DNA of 64,000 bases from Felis catus (lineage: Eukaryota): positions 99,450,001 through 99,514,000 of the forward strand of contig NC_058373.1 in the NCBI RefSeq assembly GCF_018350175.1, written 5' to 3'. Under the pieces are notes generated by a model. That model was not told where the DNA came from. It searched no databases and saw nothing but the letters and a program-made list of their open reading frames with translations. The first letter of the stretch is position 1. Every line of letters starts with the position of its first letter. The translations under genes were made by a program, and so were the position numbers. Positions 13,265 through 25,157 of the stretch are shown piece after piece.

Positions 13265-13823
13265 GCTATGATCACTGCTACTTTTTCATCCCACTGGGTT
13301 AAGAAGTGTATTTTCTCTATCATCGTCTGGCTTTACCAATGGGATGAATTTGGGATCCTAGTTCCTGTGGATCCACTTTTAGGTCCAAAGGTTTCTTTTT
13401 CTTTTCTTTTTTTTTTTTTTTTTTTTACTCTTGAAAGAGTACATTTATTACAGATGGAGTTGTACAGCTGGCCCAGTGGGGCAAGCATCTTTGAATCATA
13501 AATCTGTTTCATTTAAATTTGAGAAATATTTTACTTCTGTCCAGAACCGGTGGTATTAGAGGTTCACAGTCTTGTTATATGACTGGGCCAGATACCAAGA
13601 CACGCAGGAATCCCAACTGGGTGAACACCCTTCAATAACTCAACACCGAAAGGAAAGCAACATACAAACCCAGGGCTGAACTGGGCCATAGGGTTATTTC
13701 AGCGCAAAGTGTTTTCAGAAACCATATGGCAGAGCTTCTATACGTTAGAGCGGAAACATTAATGAATCAAAGAGCAAGGTTCAGCACTATTTTGGCCAAA
13801 AAGAGAAATGGCTTAGCACTCAC

Positions 13824-13952
13824 ATATACAAGTGTGGTGGTCGTCTGCAAACTCATAACCACTCCGGCAGTCACAGCTGTAGCTGCCCGGCAAGTTGGTA
13901 CACACAGAGTTGGGGCCACAGTGATGGAAGCCCGTTGCACATTCATTTACAT
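13824..13952 (-). CDS. NID2: NID2 exon 10 (calcium-binding EGF 3)
   Basis: [43 protein letters not shown], read by hand (absent from the ORF track); tag / GTGAGT; 129 nt. Confidence 0.95.
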
Positions 13953-14249
13953 CTAACAAGAAATAACGACAGAAAAGCGCGGCTTAAATCAAGGGTTCCA
14001 CAAGTGAAAGGTCTGAACACTCGATGTTTCCTCACTACTATGAAGCTTCAACAGGACAAATAAATTGTGGACTAAACAGAAGTCCAAAGGTAAGATTTCT
14101 AAGCATCGACCAGAATGCATGTTGCAGATTATAATATTTATCTGCAGTCAGTCAAGTATAAGTCCGAGGGAGAAATATTTCAATATTCTAAGCATTCTTT
14201 AGACTTTATTTTTAAAAAAACCACTCAACATTTAAAAGAAAAACACACT

Positions 14250-14472
14250 GGGGCGCCTGGGTGGCGCAGTCGGTTAAGCGTCCAACTTCAGCCAGGTCAC
14301 GATCTCGCGGTCCGTGAGTTCAAGCCCCGCGTCAGGCTCTGGGCTGATGGCTCAGAGCCTGGAGCCTGTTTCCGATTCTGTGTCTCCCTCTCTCTCTGCC
14401 CCTCCCCCGTTCATGCTCTGTCTCTCTCTGTCCCAAAAAAAATAAATAAACGTTGAAAAAAAAATTTTTTTT
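14250..14472 (+). mobile_element. Young SINEC_Fc
   Basis: CpG-rich, near-consensus body; TSD aaagaaaaacacact. Confidence 0.95.
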
Positions 14473-14891
14473 AAAGAAAAACACACTAATGACTTTTCTT
14501 TTAGAAATGTAAAGAAATTTCTGTGGATTGTGGGGATATAATAGGGGAAAAAAAACAATGTCTGAAACCTGAAGACAACCTGAAAACACATGTTTTAATA
14601 AATATAAGAAAATACTTAATACAGGATTAAAATGACAAAACTTAAGAACTCAAAATATGCAGGAACTGCAACAGTTGTCTTCTTTCTCCAATCCCAGCCC
14701 CAAACACCCACGTCCAAACTATCCTCTCAAACCTAACCAGAATATGCTTCAGTTTTTAAATAACAGCATTTAGGTTAGTAGCTGCTAAACTTGTCTTGTT
14801 GATCAGTGGAGATCATAAAAGCAGACGCACCTATCTTCTATAAACACAGGGCTGGAGGACCCCATGAAAGAACACAGCACATACAACTTAC

Positions 14892-15035
14892 CCACACAAC
14901 TCCGTCCATCTCCCTGGTACCCGGAGGCACACTTGCAGGTGTAGTCTACACCTGTCCCTGGATGGCACCGAGCTTTCGTGTCACATGTGTGGCTCCCATC
15001 GAAGCAAGGATTCACTGGGGTGGGGGTTGAGTCCA
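14892..15035 (-). CDS. NID2: NID2 exon 9 (EGF-like 2)
   Basis: [48 protein letters not shown]; cag / GTAAGT; 144 nt. Confidence 0.95.
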
Positions 15036-15125
15036 CTGCATGAGCAGAGAGGAAATAAACCACACTAGCACAATCTGGTTGTTGTAAAGAGAATGGCACA
15101 GAAAGGAGATCAAAGACTCCATGGG

Positions 15126-16381
15126 GCCCAAAAATAAATTCAAAATGGATGAAAGACGTAAAGGTGAGACAGGAAATCATCAGAATCCTAGAGGAGAAAA
15201 CGGCAACAACCTCTTTGACCTCGGCCACAGCAACTTCTTACTTGACATGTCTCTGAAGACAAGGGAAATAAAAGCAAAAATGAACTATTGGGACCTCATC
15301 AAGATAAAAAAAAACTGCACAGCAAAGGAAACAATCCACAAAACTAAAAGGCAACCAAAGGAATGTGAGAAGATATTTGCAAATGACTTATCGTATAAAG
15401 GTTAGTATCAAAATCTATAAAGAACTTACCAAACTCAACACCTGTAAAACAAATAATCCAGTGAAGAAATGGGCAGAAGACATGAATAGACAGTTTTCCA
15501 AAGAAGACATCCAGAAGGCTAACAGACACATGAGAAGATAATATTGTTCATCGTCAGGGAAATACAAATCAAAACCACATTGAAACACCACCTCACACTG
15601 GTCAGAGTGGCTAAAATTAACAACTCAGGAAACAAAGGATGTAGGTAAGGATGTCAAGAAAGGGGAACCCTCTTGTACTATTGGTGGGAATGCAAACCGG
15701 TGCGGCCACTCTGGAAAACAGTGTGGAGGTTCCTCAAAAAATGAAAAATAGAATTACCCTACAGCCCAGCAATAGCACTACTAGGAATTTATCTAAAGGA
15801 TACAGGAGTGCTGATTTGTAGGGACACATTTACCCAATGTTTATAGCAGCACTATCAACAATGGCCAAATTAGGAAAAAGCCCTAATGTCCATCAACTGT
15901 TGAATGTATAAAGAAGATGTGATATATATATGTAATGGAATACAACTCAGAGATGAAAAAGAATGAAATCTTGCCATTTGCAACAATGGATGGAACCGGA
16001 GGGTATTATGCTAAGTGAAATAAATCAGTCAGAAAAAGATATCATGTGTTTTCACTCATATGTGGAATTTGAGAAACTCAACAGAAGACCATAGGGGAAG
16101 GGATGGAAAAATAAGTTACAGAGAGGGAGGGAGGCAAACCATAAGAGACTCTTAAATACAGAGAACAAACTGAGGGTTGATGGGGGGGGGGGGTGGTTAG
16201 AGGGGTGGGGAAGATGGGAGATGGGCATTAAATGGGAGATGGGCACTGAAAAGGGCACTTATTGGGATGAGCACTGGGTGTTGTATGTAAGTGATGAATC
16301 AAGGGAATCTACTCCCAAAGCCAAGGCTACACTGTATACACTGTATGTTAGCTAACTTGACAATAACTAAAAAAAAAAAAA
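15126..16381 (+). mobile_element. 5'-truncated carnivore L1 (ORF2 C-terminus, 3'UTR, polyA)
   Basis: L1 ORF2 end motifs, G-rich 3'UTR, polyA; TSD aaagactccatggg at 15112-15125 and 16382-16395. Confidence 0.95.
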
Positions 16382-16494
16382 AAAAGACTCCATGGGACTG
16401 ACTATATCCTCATCTGTTTGGGGGCCCACCAGGCGACCTTACTAAATTATTAATCCCCAAAACTGGGCTGGATTATCCAACCTACAGTTTTAAA

Positions 16495-16708
16495 TTTTTT
16501 TTTTTCAACGTTTATTTATTTTTGGGACAGAGAGAGACAGAGCATGAATGGGGGAGGGGCAGAGAGAGAGGGAGACACAGAATCGGAAACAGGCTCCAGG
16601 ATCTGAGCCATCAGCCCAGAGCCTGACGTGGGGCTCGAACTCACGGACCGCGAGATCGTGACCTGGCTGAAGTTGGACGCTTAACCAACTGCGCCACCCA
16701 GGCGCCCC
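16495..16708 (-). mobile_element. Young SINEC_Fc
   Basis: Reverse-complement consensus; flanking duplication caacctacagttttaaatt. Confidence 0.95.
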
Positions 16709-17264
16709 TTTTTTTTTTTTTAATTTTTTTTTTTTTAACGTCAACCTACAGTTTTAAATTCCAGAATGGCTTCCTCTTCCCTACTCTACAGACACCTAAC
16801 CTTTTATTACTTACATTAGGCTTGTGTCCAGGGAATAAAAATATCCAAAACATGACCAACTTTTATTTTAAAGTGCTTTCACTCTATCACCTCATGTGAT
16901 TCTCCGAACTTTGTGAGGTTGGCTGTCATCCCCATTCCCTTTGCAGATAAGTGAGTGACATTGGAAAAATTGCCCCAGCTCACAAAGCCAGGAAATGATA
17001 CAGCAGGAATGCATACCCCCAATTTTTGTCCCTAAAGTGGGCAAGACCTCACTAAAATTCACCATTTTAGAAGTCAAAATTTCATTAATGGGAAATCTTG
17101 CTTTTATAAGATTTAGAAGACTAAAGAGGAATGATTTTTGCAGTATTTCCTCTTCAGGATTAACCTTGCCAGAGATCCATCCACCCACTGGGTAGTGAGA
17201 ACTGTTAACATCTGAGATCTTCCCTAAAGTTTTATTTCTAGACAGAGTAGAGTAGTAATGCTTA

Positions 17265-17465
17265 GCGAGCACTTACTTACCAGGCACTGTTCTAAACCCT
17301 TTACATATAGCATCCCTTTAAATCCTCATGAGTGCACTGTGAAGAAGACATTAATATCTTCATTTTTTACTACAGTATGGAGAGGCCAAGTAACCTGCCC
17401 AAGGTCATAAGACAAGGTGCATGGAGTGGGGACAAGAAGCCAGGCAGTCTGTGCTTTCCACCACT
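17265..17465 (-). mobile_element. MIR
   Basis: gagcacttac...ccaggcactgttctaa...aagtaacctgcccaaggtcat. Confidence 0.75.
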
Positions 17466-19142
17466 TGGCTACAGACACCACTGAAGGAACTTCATAAACT
17501 GGGCTCATCTAAGCCAAGGGCACAGAAGTGGTGTTGGAGAGAGCCCCAGACACAAGGAATCCATTAACTCTGGGCACTTCCGTTTACTCCTCTGATTCCT
17601 CAGGTGTAAAATGGGAATAAAGACAATGCTTAGATCTGCTAAAACTGAAGAAAATAAAGCAAACCCAACATAATGTACGTGGAAGGCAATTTCGCTCCCC
17701 ACAGGCAGGCCCGCCCAGTCCCTAGTGACTCTGTTCCCCCCTTTTCTTCCTCAGTGGGGCCACTACCCTCAACATGCTTTCAGCTTTATGTCTCAGTTCC
17801 TAGAATTAATTCTAATCTTAGATCCAAAAGATTTCAAGAGCTTTATCCAAACCTCCCAGGCTTTACATCAAGCCATCCCTGCTACCGAGAGGGCTTCGTC
17901 TAAGTCATAACCGGAGCTTCTGCCTTGGATTTCTGCCTGTGCCTGGTCCCTGTCTTGACAGCCAGCTCGGTACACCCCAAGTTCTGCCCGGATCATGACA
18001 GCTCCCACTGCTCCAGGGACCAGAACCTTGGCATTGGTGGATACACTGGCAACACCACCTACTTGAACTTCCTGGCACCACCTCCTCCTAGATTCCCTCT
18101 CATTTCTCTCTAGCTCACCTACATCTCCCACCCTCCTTACCTCAGGTGGGTGGGTCTTGCCCAAAGTAACTCCTAGTATAGACTCAAGGTGACACTTGCT
18201 GCCGTCACCTGCCTCAGACTGGACCCCCTTGCAGTCCTTCAGGACATCCAGCTACCTCCCCAGGGCTTGCCCACTGTCCACGCTGACTCTTCCAGTTTTC
18301 TCAGCCTGGTAGGAGCAGGGATGCCTTGTCTGAGTCTCTGAAAGGACCCGCTGCCTTCTAGTCAATTCCCCCTATCACTTTATAAGAAACACCACTCTGT
18401 GTTCTTACAACGCAATATTCTTAGTCCCAAATTATGGCCAAGCAAGTAAATAAAGGAGGGCCATGGGTTTATCCTTGGTCTGCCTCAATGATGTTGGCTG
18501 GTGTGTGTTACGGAATCTTTGCCAAGAAAAAAAGGACCAACAAATGGCTCCAGCACTTTTTAAACCTGATGAACTTAAGTCTGTCAGCGTGCGCCTAGCT
18601 CCGCAAATCAAGCAAGGTACCCTTGGGCGTCCCTCGTTCTTCCCTCTGGATCTCTTGGTGAATGGGATGGAAGCAGAACGCTGGGGTTATAGCGTAGTAC
18701 AGACCAAGTTCCTGAGACAGTCCACAGCATGGTTATGGTTAAGAGTAGGGTCATGTCCTCACTGAAAGCTGAGAGCAAGGCAATTCCTTCTCATTTCTCC
18801 ATTTTAGGAGAAGATGCTGTATAACGTGCGTGGTCTACCCAGCCAAAGGGGGAAGCGATCTCTGAAATGTTTTAATTTAGAAATACCAATGCTTACCCTT
18901 CTCGTTCAGTACTTTCCAGCATCAAATTTGCACTGTGGCACATTCTGGTAAAGATCAGTGAGAATGCATAGACATCAAGAGCTCACCGCCCTGCTAGGCA
19001 TGAAACAAAACAAAACAAAACAAAAAACAACACAGTGCAAAAGCTGACTTGCAAACTTGGACGGGAAACACTGGCCTACCTGAAACCGAGGGGGCAAAAT
19101 GTCCATAGTTACGTGACACTGATTTAAAATATACTACACTGA

Positions 19143-19280
19143 CAGGACGGGCTATGTAATTCACAGAGTTCAGTGCAAAATGAAAGCGTGGGGCCCTGTT
19201 CACAAATTAAGAGTTTCAAGAGAACAGCCGCAGAGCTCTCAAACCAAGTGTAGAGCCCTTCTGAGCACAGGCCCTGCTCA
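19143..19280 (+). mobile_element. MER45A-like hAT remnant
   Basis: cagtgcaaaatgaaagcgtggggccctgttc...tttcaaga...aaaccaagtg...gcccttctgagc. Confidence 0.7.
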
Positions 19281-20114
19281 CTGAACTTGGTTTCCAAAAA
19301 CACGGCTTTAAAAATACATTTCTAAAACCATTTGGCTACTCACTCTCCACGGCTTGTTAGCTTTCTCCTATTATAGCAAGAACAACACTATCTTCCTTAC
19401 CATGTATTCTATTTCGCCCTCACCCTTTTAAACGGCTTGACTCTCTGACAGGGGATCTGGAACTAATTTACTCATTTAATCAAGAGGAGAAGAGCAGTTT
19501 TCCATCAAGGAACAGTCCGTTCCGCTTTGCTGCATGGCCCTCTGCCCAGTCTCCTCGACCCACCAGAAGGAGCCCTGAGGTGGGCACAAGGGCAGGAGGC
19601 CCAGCGGCGTCCTGCTCGAGGACCCCACGAAGGACAGCCAACCCAGACCTGAAGCTCAAACACTCGGAGGGCGGTTGGGGGCTGCAGCTGGGAAGTGGGC
19701 CAGGCCCCAGGCTCTGACTGCTCACTGGGAAGACTGGACGACAGTACCTCCCGAGCCCTGGGAAGCCACAAGTGCCCACATCAGATGGGGCAGCTGCGGG
19801 GTGTCCCAGACATTCCAAACAGATCATTATTCCCTCCGGAGAAACGGAACGCTTGAGAGGATACTGTTGTGTACTGCGGGGCGGGGGGAAGGTTTTGTCA
19901 TTTGTTCATTTGTTGTTTTCTCTCCCCCCACCCCATTTTTCTCCTATTCAGGGAGTATAAACAACAGTATTGCAGTTTTCCCCAGGGGTGGGTGAAACGG
20001 GGTGCAAACACACAGGGTTAAAACACACACGCCCTCTTGAAATTTGGCCCAAATTACGAGGCAGTCCTGAGGCCAGCGGAGTCCATGTGGAAAAGCAGTG
20101 CCGGGCGAGGTTAC

Positions 20115-20310
20115 GAGACGGGCTCTAGAGCTGGGGCCCAGGATTGGGTCCCAGCTGGACACGTTTTAGTTGTGACGGAGCAAGTTACTTCATGTCTATA
20201 CCTCAGTCTCTGTAAAACGGGGGATGATGATTCCCCTGTTGGGCAGGGGGTTTTGTGGGACTGAGTTCATTTCTGAAAGTACTTATGACAGTGCTTGGAG
20301 CCAAGTAAAC
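20115..20310 (+). mobile_element. MIR
   Basis: gcaagttactt...cctcagtctctgtaaaacgggg...gaaagtacttatgacagtgcttgg. Confidence 0.7.
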
Positions 20311-21514
20311 CGTCCTTTGCTATTATATTGGACTGGCATGGAAGGGAAAATCACATAAAGTTCTAAAGACAAATGAGCAACTTGGTACCTGTCAGTTTGC
20401 CGGCATTCTTTTTGTTACTCTCATCTGGTGTGCCTCCGGGAAAAACACACCCAGAGATTTATCTTTTCACTACGAAATTCTAGAATCTGCGCGGGATTCC
20501 ACGGCCTGGGAGGCTCTTCGCTAATCACTGTTCTTACAGACCAGACACCGACACCCAGCAAAGTGCTGAAGGGTGTTTTCCTCAGCTGTTTGTGTTCAAC
20601 TCTTTTCTTGAGAAATAGGCAATCATCTTTTCCCTTGTGGGATGTCCGTCTCTCTAAAGTCAACTGACGTTTTCATGCTATTAAAAAAATCTTTGCGTTC
20701 CCAATGCCTGTACTCCCAAGCACGTTTCCTAAAACCAAACCACCCACACAGCCACACCAACAAACTCGGGATTCTCATTTCAAGTCACCTCCGCATCCTC
20801 CAAGAGTCCAGCCCTCCTGCCTTCATCTCATTATCATATTGCTGAAGTGATGCTCATGAGCCTGAGGAGGCTTACGGAGCCCTCGTCTCCACTGCTGAGT
20901 CACAGAATCACCTCTGGAGGGGAGTCTGGCCTCAACAGTATCGATACAGAGCAAAACACGGGAGACCCTCTCTTTACTCCTTAGGTACGCCTTGCATTCT
21001 AGGGGAAAACACTAGCTATTGGCTTTCACAACTAAAATTTCCCTTTCATCTGACAATTTCCTATCTGTTAGGGTTCCTGGACTTTGCAGGTTCACCCTCT
21101 GGCTCACCAAAAAAAAAAAAAAAATTTTTTTTTAATTGACAGACTTTTTTTTTTTAAAGAACAGTTTTAGGTTTACAGAAAAATTGAGCAGAAAGTAAAG
21201 GTTTCATAGCGCCCCCCCCAATATGCAGTTCATGAACTTCTTATATTAGTGTGATACAGTCCTTGTAACGATAAGCCAATACTGATATTATTACCTAAAG
21301 TCTACAGTTTATTAGGGCTTACTCTTTGTGTCATGCAGTTCTATAGGTTTGGGCAAATGTATAATGACATCTATTCACCATCATAGAAGCATACAGAGTA
21401 GTAGTTCCACTGCCCTAAAAATCCCCTGTGCTCTCCCTACTCACCTCCCCCTGAACTCCTGGCAACCACTGACTTTTATTCTCTATAGTTTCATTTTTCC
21501 TAGACTGTTACATG

Positions 21515-23473
21515 CAGTTGACCCTTGAACAATTTCCTGATCCCCTGCAGAGCTGAAAAATCTGCATCTAACTTTTGACTCCCCCAAAGCTAACAGCTTA
21601 CTGTTGACCAAAAGCCTTACCAATAAGGAAATATCTGATACATATTTTATATATTATATACTGTATTCTTAATAATAAATTTAAGCCAGAGAAAAGAAAA
21701 AACTAAGAAAATCCTAAGAGAGCACCAAAAACAAGAAGATACCTAGGAATAAACCTAACCACAGAGGTAAAAGATCTGTACTCCAAAAACTATAGAACAC
21801 TTATGAAAGAAACTGAAGAGTACACAAAGCAATGGAAAAACATTCCATGCTCATGGACTGGAAGCACAAACATTGTTAAAATGTCTATACTACCCAAAGC
21901 AACCCACACATTTAATGCAATCCTTATAAAAATACTAATAGCATTTTTTACAGAGCTAGAACAAACAATCCTAAAATTTGCATGGAACCACAAAAGACCC
22001 CAGATAGCCAAAGCAATCCTAAAAAAGAAAAAAATAAAGCTGGAGGCATCACAAACCCGGATTTCAAGCTGCTTTACAAAGCTGTAGTCATCAAGACAGT
22101 ATGATACTGGCACAAAAACAGACACATAGGTCAATGGAACAGAACAGAAAGCCCAGAAATGGACATGGAACTATATGGTCAACTAATCTTCAACAAAGCA
22201 AGAAAGAATATCCAATGGAAAAAAGACAGTCTCTTCAACAAATGGTGTTGGGAAAGCTGGATGGCAACATGAAGAATGAAATTAGACCACTTTCTTACAC
22301 CATACACAAAAATAAATTCAACATGGATGAAAGGCCTAAATGTGAGACAGGAAACCATCAAAATCCTAGAGGAGAACACAGGCAGCAACCTCTTTGACCT
22401 CGGCCAGAGCAACTTCTTACTAGACACGTTTCTGGAGGCAGGGAAACAAAAACAAATATGAACTATGGAACTTCACCAAGATAAAATGCTTCTTCACAGT
22501 GAAGGAAACAATCAACAAAACTAAAAAGCAGCCTACGGAATGGGGAGAAAATATTTGCTAATGACATACCTGACAAAGGGTTAGTATCCAAAATCTATAA
22601 AGAACTTACCCAACTCAATACCCAAAAAAACTAATAATCCAGCTAAGAAATGGGCAGAAGACATGGATAGACACTTTTCCAAAGAAGACAATCGGATGGC
22701 TAACAGACACATGAAAAGATGCTCAACATCACCCATCACCCGGGAAATGAAAGTCAAAAAAAATGAGATACACCTGTCAGAATGACTAAAATTAACACAA
22801 GAAACAACAGGTGTTGGCAAGGATGCAGAGAAAGGGGAACCCTCTTGCATTGCCGGTGTGAATGCACACTGGTGCAGCCACTCTACCAAACAGTATGGAC
22901 CGTCCTCAAAAAGCTAAAATAGAACTACCCTAGGACACTGCAATTCCACTACCAGGAATTTACCCAAGGGATACAAAAATAGAGATCTGAAGGGGTACAT
23001 GCACCCCACTGTGGAGCTAAAGTATATTATGCTAATTGAAATAAGTCAGTCAGAAAAAGATAAATACCATACGATTTCACTCACATGTGGAATTTAACAA
23101 CAACAACAACAACAAAAAACAACAGATGAGCATATGGGAAGGGGAGAAAAAAAGAGGGAAATAAACCATAGGTAACTCTTAACGATACAGAACAAATTGA
23201 GGGTCAATGGAGGGGGGTGGGTGGGAGATGAGCTAAAGGGATGACAGAGATTAAGGAGGGCACCTGTGATGAGCACTGGGGGTTGTATGTAAGTGATGAA
23301 TCACTGAATTCTACTCCTGAAACCAATATTGCACTGCATGTTAACTAGAATTTAAATAAAAGTTAAAAAAAAAGAAAATCATAAGAGAAAATACATTTAC
23401 AGTACTGTATAAAAAAAAAGCCACATATAAGTCAACCACCCAGTTCAAACCTGTGTTGTTCAAGGGTCAACTG
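21515..23473. mobile_element. Tigger2/MER8-type TcMar DNA transposon derivative, interrupted by L1
   Basis: Terminal inverted repeats CAGTTGACCCTTGAACAA (21515) and TTGTTCAAGGGTCAACTG (ending 23473) followed by TA. Confidence 0.88.
21722..23371 (+). mobile_element. 5'-truncated carnivore L1
   Basis: ORF2 peptides [45 protein letters not shown]; polyA; TSD aagaaaatc(c/a)taagaga. Confidence 0.95.
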
Positions 23474-24255
23474 TAGTTGGAATCACACAGATGTAGCCTT
23501 TTCAGGCTTTCTTTCACTTAGCAATATGTACTTAAGGTTCCTCATGCCCTTTAGTGCCTTAGTAAGCCTAGAACATTCTTATCTGCATGTTTACCAAGCT
23601 TCACAGGTGTGGTTAATTCCAACTCAAGTTTGAGAAACACGGCTTTTTTTTTTGTTTAGTTTTTTGGGGGTTTTTTTTGTTGTTTTTTTATTTTTACCCC
23701 ACGGCTATTTTTTTTTTCAGTGAAGACATAACTCACATACCATATAATTCATGCATCTAAAGAACACAGATTTTTTTAGTATATTTACAGTTAGGCAACT
23801 ATCACCACAATCAAGTTTAACACATTTTAATACCCACCCGCAAAAGACACTTGTACTCTGGCCATCCACTCCCTATCCTCTTATGCCCCAGCCCTAGGCA
23901 ACCACTGATCTACTCTCTTCGCAGATTTGCCTCTTTGGGATATTTCACATAAATAGAATCAAACAGTAGGTTGCCCTTTGTGACTAGTTACCTTCACAAG
24001 TCAGCATGTTTTCAAAATTCATTCATATTGTAACATGTGTCAGTACTTCATTCCTTTTTATGTCTTGATCATATTCCATTGTATGCATTAGGACATTTTA
24101 AAAATCCACTCCTCAATCGATGGACATCTGGTTTTTCTCTACCTTTTGGCTATTCTGAATAATGCTTCTATGAATATTCATGTACAAGTTTTTATGGGGA
24201 CATAAGTTTTCTTTTCTCTTGGTTATAGAGCTACGAGTATAATTGCTCAAGTGGT

Positions 24256-24472
24256 GGGGCACCTGGGTGGCTCAGTCAGTAGAGCGTCCGACTTCGGCTC
24301 AGGTTGTGATCTCGTGGTTTGTGGGTTCAAGCCCCACGTCGGGCTCTGTGCTGACAGTTCAGAGACTGGAGCCTGCTTCGGATTCTGTGTCTCCTTCTCT
24401 CTCTGCCCCACCCCCCACTTGCACTCTGTTTCTCAAAAATGAATAAACGTCAAAAAAAATTACAAAAAAAAG
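24256..24472 (+). mobile_element. CAN-SINE
   Basis: TSD aattgctcaagtggt. Confidence 0.92.
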
Positions 24473-24979
24473 ACAATTGCTCAAGTGGTAACTTTAACTT
24501 TGAAAAACTACTGGATTGTTTCCCATAGTAAGTACCATTTTACACTCCCACTAGCAGTGTAGGAGGGTTTCAATTTTTCCACAACTTCACCAACACTTGT
24601 TATGTCTTTTTAATACAGCGATCCACACGCATATAAAGTAGTATCATTATGGCTTTGACTGTATTTGCATTTTCCTGATGACTAATGATATTGAGCATCT
24701 TTTCATGTGTCTACTGGGTAGTTTGTGTATCTTCTGAGAAATGTTCTATCCAAATTTTTTATATTGTTTCTTTTTACTGTGTTTGTGAGAGTTCTTCATA
24801 TATTCTAGATATAAGCCTCTTATTAAATATATGATTTTCAAACATTTTATACCTTTCTGTGGGTTGTATGTTCACTTTGTTGGTAATAATCTCTGAAGCA
24901 CAAGTTTTTAATTTTGATGACACCCAATTTTTTCTTGATTGCCTACGCTTTCAGTATCATATATAAAGAAGCTATTGCT

Positions 24980-25157
24980 GGGGTGCCTGGGTGACTCAGT
25001 TGGTTGGGTGTCCAACTTCAGCTCAGGTCATGATCTCACACTTTGTGAGTTCGAACCCCACATCAGGCTCTGCTGTCAGTGTGGAGCCTGCTTTGGATCC
25101 TCTGTTCCCCTCTCTCTCTGCCCCTCCCTGCTCTCAAAAATAAACATTAAAAAAAAA
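24980..25157 (+). mobile_element. CAN-SINE
   Basis: Body and tail; TSD gctattgc. Confidence 0.88.

Larger units (their letters stand above)
21130..23570 (-). mobile_element. Old L1M 3' end, split by a Tigger2-type element (host pieces about 21130-21514 and 23474-23570)
   Basis: gttttaggtttacagaaaaattgagcagaaagta...cctggcaaccactga...//tagttggaatcacacagatgtagccttttcag. Confidence 0.8.

Noticed and set aside
14115..14591. Recurrent peptides such as GAPGWRSRLSV...GACFRFCVSLSLCPSP in many ORFs
   Set aside because: Translations of CAN-SINE sequence, not a gene family
21790..22889. ORFs resembling reverse-transcriptase protein C-terminus
   Set aside because: Frameshifted fragments of a truncated L1 ORF2; not functional
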